Shown here: one piece after another, positions 26,181 through 39,004 of the stretch
Position numbering within the stretch: the stretch's first letter is position 1
How the letters are laid out: each line of letters begins with the position of its first letter
Assembly (NCBI RefSeq): GCF_964194025.1
Contig: NC_134470.1
Coordinates: 19,406,001 to 19,470,000, forward strand
Source: Convolutriloba macropyga
Lineage: Eukaryota
Length of the DNA stretch: 64,000 nt
Direction of reading: 5' to 3'
Notes under the pieces: model-generated
Database searches by the model: none
The model's input: the letters and a program-made list of their open reading frames with translations, nothing else
What the model was told of the DNA's origin: nothing
Translations under genes and position numbers: made by a program

Positions 26181-27659
26181 TAACAACAGCAACAATGTGA
26201 ACAGAATTATATATAAGAATCTGACAACAGAAAACCAGTACCCATATCAAAAGATTCATATTAGAATAAAACAGAAAAGCAAAAAAAAATCCGGGCTTCT
26301 TTTTTGAAAGCAGAATTTTGAATTTTCCAGGAAAAGTTTTCAGTTGCTTTTCCAGCCCAAAATGCAACTAGCACATAATTGTACCGATTTATAGGCTTTC
26401 GTCGGTACAAAAGTCAAACGAAAAATTTGAAAGCCATGATTAAGAAAATTTTACTCCCTCCGTTGGATAACTGAAAAATTGTCTTTTTTTAAATTTTTTA
26501 ACTTCAAAACCCAGGGAATGCGGTTATCGCTTCGTTTCACTTTTAACTTATCAAAAACCGGCACAAATACTATCTGCTCGCTGTTGGAAAAACCTCTAAT
26601 TAGCATCTATGATAATGATTAGATCTTCAATATGTCTATTGCATATTTCACGCATCAAAGCCTAAAAATGAAACGCCAACACAAAAACCGACTAGCTTCA
26701 AGCCTCGAAAATTAAAATTTCTCTTAAGAACACTAATTAGCCAAACCCGGCGCATGGAAAATCATTTTGTCAGATTAACCGTTTCGCAAATCACCCAAAA
26801 TTGCCTGAACAAACATAAGGTATAGAGAGAATGTCGCGACTTCAATCATCTGCATATTAAATTTTTTGTTAATAACTGCCAGATGTGAATGGATTTTTGA
26901 ATGATTTGTGAAAATCTAATATTTAGGGCCGTTACTCCACAAAGTAATTTCTATATGTAAAGTCATTTCGGTCAGAATCAAATACTTTGTTATTTCTGTA
27001 TTTATCCCCGAATTAAGATGATTTACTGATTTTTTTGCCTGATGAGATCTTTTTCAATTTACCGTATGAGAATATATTTTCTTAATGCCACAAAAATAAT
27101 CAGTACCCATGGTATTTTAAGGCGTCCACAGATGCAGGAAATCCTTGGTTTTTCAGAGCTGCCATTGTTTGACATCCACTAAAATAACTAATAACCGACA
27201 TAATTAACCTAATACTTAGCCACATTACATTCTCCACTAATGTCGGTCAAATCGCTCTCAAACGAACGGTTGGTTTCGGTACCACTGGTGGCGCAGGATG
27301 AGAAGGGGTTTCAAATAACCAGACTGAGGAGGTTGAACTGTTCTTTTTGCGGGAAGAGTGAGAAGATTAAGAATCTCCCTCAAAACAATTTCAGTGGATC
27401 GCATACTTCGAGACTTATGAGGCTCAAAGAGCTGTTCATCCGCTTAAAACTCTCCAGGCTTAACCTGTTTATCCCTTTTTGAAGACGAAAAGTCAGGCGA
27501 AAATCGATGTTTGAGAGCAATTACATAAACGAATTGATACCAACATTTTAGACGTCAATCAACTCAAACTTCCTCAATTACCACTTAGATAGTTACCCGA
27601 TAATCACTTCTATTGCATCTTAAGGGAGACAAAATACGAAGCTCAGAGTAAACAGAAGT

Positions 27660-29535
27660 CATCGGCATCGTTCTCATTGTGGAATCCAGCTTTACACATG
27701 AGCTTAATGAATGTACGAGTCAAGACGCAAAACGGTGGACATTAAAAAGATTGCTCGCTCGTAACAATTTCGCTTTAATCTCTAACATTTACACAACATT
27801 CCAGAGGAGACATTTCAACTTCTAAAACTCAACGTCTGCCAACTTGCGTTGAACGCAACGTGCAAGAGATCCTGACGCACTATCTATTGGCAAGAACAAA
27901 ACATACAATGGATTAAATCATTTCAGGAATCTTTCTTCTGGCTGCCTTGTTTTCTTATATGCAATAATAACTAGTAACAGTAACGTACTGTTTGTACTGT
28001 GAAACATAACTTATTTAGTTATGGTTACATTTTACCACTTACTCACTAAAAATTTGCAAGTTATCAAGTTAAAACTGGATTGAAATCAAAACCGTGAATA
28101 CTTTCACGTCTCGATCAGTGACCTGTCAGACATCCTAATCAAAAATTAAAAACAAAAACATGAAAAACAAATATGATTTATGTCATATAAACTGCACTAT
28201 TCAACTTTGAAACGTCACTTCTTAGCAACAATACTTATTAAATATCTCGGTTAACCAGCTTATTCCAACAAATTTAATTCAAAAGAAATATGCAAAAATC
28301 CTGAAAAACAGACGAAAATGAACCAAAATTTGTTTAAAATTACTCAATTTTCTTTAAAGAACACAAACCATTATCAATATTAATCAAATCAAGATATCAC
28401 TAAATACCTTAAGCTGAACCTTAAGAAAACCTCAATTTCTATTAAAAAAAATTGAAGATCGTAAAAAAGCGTTCCACAGGGCAAAGTGGCAAAATAAGCT
28501 CAAAATATCATCTAAAAGTATATTCTTCGCTCGAAATGAAAAAATATACTTCCCAACACAGTATTACAAGCCAAAATCGACGAAACAACTTTGTCTAAAA
28601 AGAGTTAAAACTGAAAAACCTCTTGGAAAAATCCGCACGTGATCAAAAAATATCGCACGCTTAGCAAAATTTTTTTGCGCTCTCTTATAATACTGCATGA
28701 ACAAAACCCACTCTTTCTCTCTGCGTTTGATTTTTATTCAGCAGATTAACCAAAACAATTGATTTCACGTGCGGTATTCGACTTTGCATCCTGTGAGACA
28801 GCACACCAATACAATCCGAATATTTAGGATCATAAAAAGACAAAGCACCAGCACGATCTAAATTCTTTGGATTGTAAAAGGAGAGCACCTAAATAATAGC
28901 CGTGAGAGGCTTGGAGCGGCTACAATCTTTGAAACGTGGAAGCAAACGAATTCATGCCAATATTACGGGCGTCACTCAACTAAAATGTAATTCCTGAATC
29001 ACCGCTCAGATAATTACCGTATACTACCTTCTATTGAAGCTTTATGTTATTCTGAGATCTTATACTAAGATCAGTGAAACTCATGTGCCCATGACATTGT
29101 TTGTTTTCATTATGGAAATCCAGCTCTACATATAAGCCTAATGAATTTATTGTTCAGGACGCAAAACGGTCGCCTTTAATAAGACTGCTCGCTCATATCA
29201 ATTTTGCTGACAACTCTTTGTAACATTAACACAACATGCCTAAGGAAAGATCTTTTTCAAAACTCAAACGTCCGCCAACTTGAATTCAACGCGGCGTGTA
29301 ACAGATCCTGACGCACTATCTATTTACATGAACATAACATACAATGGAGAAAGTCATTTCGGGAATTCTCTAACTGCTGGCTTGTTTTCTTATATGCAAT
29401 ATTGAACTAAAAAAGGTTGCAAGTAGTAACAGTAACGTACTTACTTAGTTATGGTTACATTTTACCACGTATTTAGCTGATTAAAATTTGCAAGTATTCA
29501 ATTTAAGATTGGATTGATATCAAAACGGTGAATAG
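27660..29535. repeat. Two ~440-bp diverged direct repeats (27660-28100, 29090-29535) downstream of SKP1
   Basis: Shared aatccagct...gacgcaaaacggt...agatcctgacgcactatctatt...agtaacagtaacgtact...tagttatggttacattttaccac. Confidence 0.8.
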
Positions 29536-29845
29536 TACCAAGTTATCGCTTCACTAAATAAGCATTGGGCAACTATTTCCTTTCCCCCACTGGATGATTG
29601 TAACAATATATCAATAATTTTGGCATCTTTAAAATACTATTCATAAATACTTCCACCTCTTAGGCTATACGACTTAAAACTTTCAACTCTAACACCAATG
29701 CAAAGAGAAATTAATTTGTTGGCGTAAGCTTGTGAAAAATAAACAACTGAGGGGGAAAGGAAGCTGTTTGCAATTATCTAGAGCAGGTAAAGGTTAATGT
29801 TCTTAATATGATCTATATTTCACATGTTCCACTCAATTACTAGCT

Positions 29846-30055
29846 CTACTTCTCTTCGCACCATGCGTTCTCTTTTTTAATCTGTTCCTCCTCAGCGGGA
29901 GTGAAGTCGTTCACAATGTTGAATGTCTTTCTGATCTCTTCAGGTGTCTTTCCTTTAATCATGTTGGCTACAGTCTTGCAGCTCACGTCCAGGAGACCTT
30001 TGATGTCCAGAAAGTTGGCAGCCAAAATGATCTCGAACAGAGTTCCCTGGTCAAC
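29846..30055 (-). CDS. SKP1: SKP1 coding exon 4 (F-box-binding region, stop)
   Basis: [69 protein letters not shown]; acceptor tgtgtttcaAG, phase 0. Confidence 0.97.
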   Translation of the reverse strand, partial: VDQGTLFEIILAANFLDIKGLLDVSCKTVANMIKGKTPEEIRKTFNIVNDFTPAEEEQIKKENAWCEEK

Positions 30056-33000
30056 CTTGAAACACAAATTAATTCAGGAAAGGCTTTCCCTCGTGTACAA
30101 TATGAACTATTCTGCGTGATTTTCACACTTTTAAAATAACAGCTTTTGATTCTGCAGGCCATCATTGCCACAAAACGCACATATATTTGTTACACAAGCT
30201 AATGCAAACAGTTTTAATCACAGGAGTAAAAGTCACTCTGATAACTCACTCAGTGTGTTAATACTAGCGTCAACCTCGGTTAAAAAGTTATGACAATGAA
30301 GAGAGAGAGAGAGATGAAAGGGGATACGAACTCGAGCATAACAGCCTCAAGAAAACGATTATTTTCAAACTCTCTAAAATTCTCAGATTGCCAGAAAACA
30401 ATTGCGATTGATTTGAAGATAGTCTCACAAAACACCTACGAATACGTAGTTTCACAAAACACCACTGAACAAATTAATTTTCCACCAACTATTGTGAAAC
30501 CTTAAAGTTGATTTAGAGGACTTTGACTGACCTATGCATTGCCTCTATACGCGTCCCTAGAATAACGTTAATTTAAAGTGAGACATTCTCGTTTGATCTT
30601 AACTCAGCCAATCAAATTGTGTTACCAAAAGAAACATTCCCGCGAAAGGAACAAAAAAACTGTCCAAGACGACTACATAATGTCACTCACACTATAGAGC
30701 GACATGGTCGTTAACAACAATCTTGAGCACGGAACAAAATATCGAACGGAAAGCGGATAATGGACAGAGAACTGAACTGAGCGTAAATTTCGGAAGTCAC
30801 AATACCATTTTTAAAAAACTAACCGAGTACGAGAACTAAAAGAGCATCTAAATAAAGATTAACAAGTTTCACAACTTAAAAAGAAGGACATCTAATAGCA
30901 CTCGCAAAAATCAGATTCCATGAGACCATCCATATACCATAAATTCTTTGAGAAACACGTGGTATATCATTACTCATAATATCAAAAAAACTATGCTTAT
31001 TGCATTGGGTTTCGGCGCCTAACAATTTCTCCTGAAAACTTTGTGTTGTCGAAAGATCCATTGACAAATAAAAAACTTATGAGGAGCTCATCAAACGTAA
31101 CCTTCCAAACGAATTTCAACAGTTCAAAAACCAATTGAGCCCAGAACCCAGTCACAAAATCTTTTCAATCATTTATTGCCATTCAGCATTTTAGGAACTT
31201 TCTGAAAATGGTCAACTTGGAGCTGTTCGCGTGAAAAACGTTCAAGACACAAAATTCAATAAGTGTAAATTTTAACTTTCAATTACAACTAGTCCTCAGA
31301 GCTCTGCAAAAATAGCAGCTAAAAGCTAGAAAGGACGAAAAATTGCGACGAAACGCCACCTATCGAAAGAATAAAAATAACAAAATATTGAAAACACCAA
31401 ACAATTAGTGACAGACAGAAAATTGCCTTCACCATTCAAATTTCAACACCACAATTCATCATTCAAAAGAGACTCATTCAACTGAGCTGGCAAAAGAGAC
31501 TGCCGAAATCCCATAGCTAAGACCCGCACGGCCCAAAACAAACGTAACAGACTACCGTTGGTCGAATTGCTCTCGAACGACTGGCGAGCGGTTGGCTTCG
31601 TCAGCAGCTAGGTACAATTTAGTATGACTATCTTCAACTTAATAGAAGGGGAATGGAGTTAGCGTGGCACGGGGTTCAAGGGGGCGGGAGAAACGAGGGG
31701 GGGTATCAAACTCTTGACCGCCCTCAACACCATAAATTTTGTCTCCATAACAATGTTGAAACGGATACTTAGAAGCCAGTAAGCCATAAGGCTCTATGAT
31801 AACTTTCTGTCCTCCGGACGTTACCTGTTTATCCCGTTTTTAAAAAAAATTGAAAAGGGTCGTCGGTCAAACAAAAAATCGTAAAAAGACCCAGGACTAA
31901 TATAAATGCTACAAATTTCGTTTGAGATCAATTAATAAACGTAACCGAATAGACGTCGGAAGAATTGCTCTGGAACGACTAGTGGGAGCTCTAATCAATT
32001 GCAGCCTGCTTCAGTCGGGTGATGGAAGTCTAAATGGGACTAAGAAAATCAACAGTGGGCTTCAAATAACCCCATTAGAGGTTAACATATGTGGTATTAT
32101 TCAGATTCAAAGTGAAAATGTCACCAGTTTCGGCGCATTTTTTATTTGACTTTGTATTAAATTGCCACCAATAATTGAGTTCAGCTGCTTGAAATTGTGA
32201 TTGAGAGAGAATTTTAGACCACGCGAAACGCAAAAATGCACACGTTTACAATAATTGCTGTGAACTTCGTTCAAGACCAAATTAAACACAATCATTGGTC
32301 AGGTTACAATATTTTTTTCGACACCTGTCGACTCTGAAGGATCACACTCATCTTATTCATAACAATCTTGTATAGGATTACTCAATTCAAGTATCTGGTT
32401 TTGATTTCAGCACTGCAGGGTCAGAAGAAAAATCGGTCAAGAGAAAAATTACACAAAAAAGACCACAAGACTAAAATAATTGCAAGAATCTTCGTTTGAG
32501 AGCAATTAAACATTCAAAAAGGAGACAATCTGACTTCAAAATTTTGCATTATTTCAATATCAACATAGAAACAATGGGTCCTTCAATCATCATGCTCTCA
32601 AACATAACAGACTATCACCAAACTCTACGCCCTTCACAAAAGAACATAAGTCTCCTAAGTTAGTGAAATTGCATACTTAGACATCAGGAAACTGCAAAGC
32701 CCAAAGACAACTCGCACAACTAAGAGTGAAAACTGACGCAGGCAATTTAGTCGAAATTGAATGTATGTATGCACAAAATCAGAATTAAGTGATCGTGACG
32801 CCATATGACCGTAACAAAAAAAAACTTGACATCAAAAACACAGGACAAATTCTGATTCACAATACAAAAATCAGAAGTCAAAACAAATCCCATAATCCTA
32901 TATGCGCAAAATTGAACAAAAATCTAACAGCAATTAAAATTATTTTCAAAGATCTAATGTAATAACGACCAGCCGAAACAAGATGTTTCGGAAACAAACA

Positions 33001-35965
33001 CTACATATCGAAAACAAACGGTAGCGTACGAAGTTATAAAGTGGGAGCCAAAAATACGCCACACTAGATCAGAAAGAAGTTATTTTCGAAATCTAGCAAT
33101 AAGACAACACGAAACGCAACAAAGACATGCAAAACTCAAAATACAATTGGTATTTTTTGCAAAATCAAGTCCAAATCATAAAAACGATTGCTATCAACTC
33201 AATTTACTAATTTGAACAATGTAATTCTCTTTAGTAACCCATGAAACCTTTCATTAAAAATACCAAGTGATGAGAAAACAAAAAAGTGGTAACAAAAAAA
33301 CATCAAAAACTGGCTAATACTTTTAGAATCGAATCGTGTAAAACTCAAAGTATCGGCTACAAAATGAAGCCATTATTTCGTTCAACTAAAGTTTATCAGT
33401 AGAAAACCGATGAGACCTGTCAGTACGCTGAGACCGGATTAGGTTATTACACAGCAAAGATACATCAAAGAACAGCAAAGCAATAATAGAAAGCAACAAA
33501 GAAAGCAAAGAATAACATTCACAATTAGCAACCTATAACTATCCTTAATTAGATTATAAAAAGTACAACGAATACTTGGAAACTAAAAACTTCACTAAAT
33601 TTTTTTAACAAACAGTGTCAAAGTCATGAAAACCACATCTGCGCACAAGTCGAACCATTAATAATACTCATTCATGCCTCATTACCAACCAATAACACGC
33701 GTCAATAATGATACAAAGGGCTAAAATAGAAAACAAAAATGCGGGCGAGAATAAAAATTAAAAATTTATAGCACTAAATAGTGTCTAAGACATAAAAAGT
33801 ATTAGACTCCCGTTGATGAATAGAAGCCACTATAAAACAGATGCATCATATAAATAGCGCTCAAGAGAAGCAATTCTGAAATAAAGTCAAATTGGTTGTG
33901 AAAAACTAAACAGAAAATTTTTTATAACCTATTTCTCAAACCACTTTAAAGGTAGTTCGAAAAAAGCATACTTCATACGTTCTCTTTTTTGCTAACTTTT
34001 GAGCTCTTGCGTAACTAAAATCACAACTCAATTTGATTTCGCTATTTGAATTCTCACTGGCGTAAAAAAAACCGAAAAGTGTGTGAGATTTGAAATACAT
34101 ACCGACTCAATCCAAATCCTTCGGATTGTTAAAATCCAAGAGAAGTTAAATAATAACTCGAGCTATAACTTTGTCTCTTCCAAAACCAACATTTTAATTG
34201 TGGATACTTTTGGTGATAAAGCAATGAACAGTATCACCAAAACAATAACAAAGCGAAAGCAGATAACCTGGTATCAAAAAAACTCTTGAATTGCATATTG
34301 CATAAAGAGACAAGTAGGGTCATACATTGCAAGGATTTGCAAGATACATAGTATAAATGTCTTCAGAATTAACATTTCATTGCTAAGTTCTGCGCAAAAA
34401 CCCAGCTGATAGCTGAAAAGAATTCAGTTACTCCTAACTTGGACAGAATGCCCCATAAAATAAACTGCAGGTTACATTGCTAATTTAATAGTCTTACGTT
34501 CACATAGCAAAGCTGCAACAATTAACAAAAATTCTAGCTAACCTCAATGGATTTTAAAAATTTGCAGTTCAAAAAATTGGAAGTAGAAGCTAGAAGGCAA
34601 GACCTCTAGAAACTGTGACCAGTCTTAATTTAATACCCGTATGTCAATGAAACACAATAGCAATTTGGGCACAAAGGAACTTTTCACCTTGCATTTACTT
34701 CTCAGTACCTTCAGCGAACTTAACACAAAAGATTAATAAAAACATTGGGACTTAAATGAAATTAATGCCCCAGGGGTTTACTTGTTCCTGTTTTAAAAGC
34801 TAAAGGTCATCAAAAGATCAGTAAAGACACAAAACAACTCAGTTCTCAAAAGAAATACTTGAAAATCCTTGACGATAATCCGCAAAAGAATTAAAATTAC
34901 AAGCCAAACGGATTTAAAAAAACTACAAATAAGAAACAAATTGTAGAAACAAATTTGACGTCGAGTATTTGTTCCCAATCAAAAACGCAAAGGACATCAA
35001 AGTTCAAGGGAACAGATATGCTTCAGATAACAAAGGAAAAACCGAAAGAATTGAACAATAACCAAACCAACGATTACCACTGGCCTGACCAGCAGACCAA
35101 CTGAAGATTAAGAGCTAAACAAACATAGTTTCCCAAACTCAGAGAAAAAGAATAATCTTCCTACCTTTCCATCAAAACGTCAGAGAAATAAAATTGTCAT
35201 TCAAAAGTAATCTTGCCTGACATTTTAAATTTCTCCAAAGTCAACATTCAATTGCAAAAATCTACGCAAGAAGCCAGCTCCAAGCTCACAAAAAACACAA
35301 AAATTATCAAAAAACTTAAAACATCGTTTAACATTTTCTTGAGAACCAACTTTCTTTCTGAGAGGAACCCTATACATAAAAAAGGCAAACAGAGGGGAAA
35401 ACCATCTAACTTTATTAATCCAAAAACAATTAGTTGCTGAAATTCTTCATTTCTGTTCTGCTTTTAAAATGTGCAAAAAAAAAACTGAAAAATTCGATCT
35501 AAAAAAATTCAGCCTAAACGGAAAAAAATCCTCCAAAACGGAAGTGAAATCAAATTACTGCTGATAACATGCCGCTACGATATTTGACTAGTTCAATCTA
35601 ATACCCATAAAATTTTAAAACGTGAATTGCTTAATTTTGGGCTTACAAACTTCAAAAGTAACTGTTTCACATTGAATTTAATGCTTCAAAGTAAACTCAG
35701 CACTTAAAATCCTGTACAGCCAGCTCAACGACTAAAGCAACTTGACGCGCGTACTTTATCTGGTTATCCCGTCTTGAAAAAATATTGAAAAAAAGTTGCA
35801 AAAGGAGCTCGAAAATCAAATTCCTTTGAATTGCAAAATGAGAAAAAAAATCAAAGATCCATGATTAGACCAATTACCCCTTCGCTATCGTTTTCTAGGA
35901 AATTAATATAACACGACTTAAATATTCACGACCAATTAGGCAGAAAAAAAACATTTGAGCAATTA

Positions 35966-36375
35966 GAAACAAATGGACTAACGTCGTACGGAATGCTCTC
36001 GAACGACAGGCGGTGCAATCTAATTTAATGGGGAGGCGGGTTGTTGCTTAAAGGTTTTTATGAATGCAAAATTCCCGACCCCAGAGGAGTTCGCACCGGC
36101 AACCTTCAGGATAAAAGACTGCCATCTTGACCACTAAGCTACAATTGCTTTACTTCTCGCTCGCTAACAATCGTTTCTATATTAGCAACCAACTTTACTT
36201 CAGAATGAGAGCAACTGAGATCACTCAAAAATGAATAACTCAAGCGTGAAAAAGCTCAAGAAGCCAAAGAATATTTTTAAACAACAGCGCAAAAGCGTTC
36301 AAGCCAAAACTTTGCATAAAAAGAAAAAAAATTCGAGTACAATATTTGTCTCAAACTTCGTTCGAGAACAATTAA
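35966..36375 (-). mobile_element. Helentron-like family B copy with tRNA-like cassette (~36070-36145), in SKP1 intron 3
   Basis: gaatgctctcgaacgacaggcg ... aacttcgttcgagaacaattaa; minus strand TAGCTTAGTGG A box and GGTGCGAACT B-box-like element. Confidence 0.6.
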
Positions 36376-37166
36376 ACATAGCTGGCAGATTGCCAGAAAA
36401 TAGCCGCAATAGATTCGTAGATCGGCAGTCTAAAAAAACAGTAAAAAAGACAGACCAAAAAAATTCGTCTTTTCATTGAAGGCTGATCTGTTATATTTTG
36501 ATTTAAAATCTGTATAAAATATTGCTGCCTCTATTAGCTGATCTCAAATAACCTTCATTTAGAGTGATACACACCCATTTGACCTTATCTCTTTGAATTA
36601 AAGTAAATAAAAGTCAATTTCAAAGTGAGGAAGTCATTTTTGAGAGTGAGGTAAGTCAAGTGTGACCAAAAATTTAATCACGCGCATGAACAAAAAAACT
36701 CGCTCCACTAAGAGCGAAAAATGACGTCACACATGCAATTCAGTTGAAATTGCATGAACGAATGAACAAAAAATGGCTGTGACGTCATATGGTCGTAACA
36801 AAAATCATGACGACGAAATAAAAAAAAAACCAAGAGAAGGCCAATAATAGCCTCAGCTATCGCTGTGCGGCTATTAAACAAACTTTATATTAATTTGAAC
36901 ATAATTCTGAAATACTTTATATTTATAAAAATTTATTGTTCACTTCATTCACTGTTTGAATGTGGCCACATATTGCGTTCTGGATTGCATTTCAAATTTG
37001 TGTCAAACAAGACTGGAAACCGAAAACAATAAGAGCAGCTAAAGCAGGTTGAAATGATCAAAAAGCTGCTTCAAACTTTTGAGGTGTTTTCAGTAACAAA
37101 ATATAAAAATATTTTTAAAATTCATTCAGTACTTTCGTGCACTACTAGTGGTGATATTGCGTGTAC

Positions 37167-37277
37167 CTTGAGGAACTCCTGGTCCCATGGAGGGATATCG
37201 TCAGTCCTCTTCTCTCTGTTCTCATCATCCTCAGGAAGAGGAGGGTCGTCCTTGTGGTGCTTCAGCCACTCCAACAC
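37167..37277 (-). CDS. SKP1: SKP1 coding exon 3
   Basis: [37 protein letters not shown]; tatAG acceptor, AAG|GTACAC donor; 111 nt, phase 0-0. Confidence 0.95.
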
Positions 37278-37606
37278 CTATAACACATCACCTCGCTTTG
37301 TCTGTGTAATAACTTCATTACCGAAGATTCTAACAGCTTTAACTTCTATTCAATTGTTTTTGATTTCATAAAGTTGAAATGCAAGCAACCGTTCAGAGAA
37401 AAAATTCTAGACGTGCAAAAGAACATCAATATGCCGATATCTGCATGTTTTAAATTTGAACTTTGTCTTTTGTAACGTTCGCTAGCGTTTCAACTTGCTG
37501 CTACGACTATAGTTCGTGTACATGCTTCGACAAGTTTCGCACCTTTTTACACAAAAGTATGAGAACATGATAAAACATCAAAGAAATCCAATAATAAAAC
37601 TTCTGA

Positions 37607-38990
37607 TTGCTCCGACCCCACCTTAGGAACAGTATGCTCAACTAGGTTTTTTGTTTGCTTTTTTTTCAATTTTGGCTGATCGATATATTCATCGCAGAGA
37701 GGTGCGAGTGTTATCACTAAAAAGCCCTTCAAGCGTAAAGCATATACTTAAAAATTTCGAATTTTAATTTTTTTGGAGAAGTTTTCAAAAGTTCTCAACG
37801 AGTTTCAAAAGTTTTAAAGGTTTTAAAAGAGGTCAACGAGTTTTAAAAGTCAACGAGTTGAATCTTTTCATACGACTAAAGAAAGAGCAAAAAAAGTCGG
37901 GCAAAACTCATTAATGGTTGCCAAACTCATTGATGGTTTACGAAAATATTATAGGGGCGTAAAACGATTTTGGCGTAAAAGACTTGTAAATTCAAATTTT
38001 AATTTTTTCGAGAAGTCAACGAGTTTTAAAAGTCAACGAGTTGAATCTTTTCATAAGACTAAAGAAAAAGCAACAAATTCGGGAAAAACTCATTAATGGT
38101 TTACGAAAACATTGTAGGGGTAAAAAAACATGAGTTATTCTCCGAAAAATAAATACAACTTTTGATATATCTAAATCGGGTTTTTGACCAATTTACTTTA
38201 TTTCACTACTTTTTTCAAAATCTTATTTCCAGTAACAAGTTTGATTTTGACTTAACCACACAAATTTTTCAAATTTTTCGTGATTTTGTTGTGACATTTG
38301 ACCATAATTCGAGTATTTGAAGTTAATGAAAGTTGAAATGACAGTCCTATCGAAGTCGAATGCAGGATCAAGTGAACATTCAGTTCATTGCTTATGTTTA
38401 TGGTTTCGATACTTTTTAGCCTAAATCTGGTGTTCTTTTCGTACTCTCTTGACTTGTGATTAGCGGCAGAATTCATTGGCTTAACATAGCGACATAGTTG
38501 AACCTAGATAATCCCTTCTGTTGACTGCCAATCGTTTTAATTGAGTATGTTTCCCTTCATTTATTAAGCATTTATTTTTAGTCACATACCTAATCTCACT
38601 AAAGACAGGGATCATGGGCTTTATGGAGCAATACTTGTGAATCAATATTGTGTTTTTGGAGCTAAAAACTAATGGTTGTTTTTTTGGTATTTATGGTTTA
38701 AAAAAATTGATGGATTCTTGAACTTTTATACTCGTATTTTGCCCCCTTTTTTCTTATTCAGCTGACCAGTTAAACGGTCTCATTACAAACAAGTCATAGC
38801 ACTCTGCATTCTGGTGAAAGAAAAGTTGAATTGTTTATCATAGGTTTTATCCCATGGGTATTTTGACTTTGCTACTAAGTTTTCAAAAAAGATAGTTTTG
38901 GCCGCAATTACTGTTTATTGCTGTTACTTTGTTTTTGTTGCTTGTCTTGTCTCGTAGTCTCATTAATGCCAGGTCTCATTGGCTATTTAA
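37607..38990 (+). mobile_element. Family A copy A3 (diverged, 3' end missing or interrupted by A4)
   Basis: ttgctccgacccc...caattttggctgatcgatatattcatcgcagagag matches the family 5' end; 38945-38985 is the reverse complement of 2806-2845. Confidence 0.5.
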
Positions 38991-39004
38991 TGCTGCTTTT
39001 TTAA

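Noticed and set aside
27660-29535. LTR retrotransposon bounded by the direct repeats
   Set aside because: No TG..CA ends, PBS, PPT or TSD seen; the interior matches other dispersed repeats (e.g. 28770-28930 ~ 11640-11790).
30056-30067. MCFK start for a 73-aa SKP1 ORF
   Set aside because: This is the intron acceptor region; upstream exons complete the protein.
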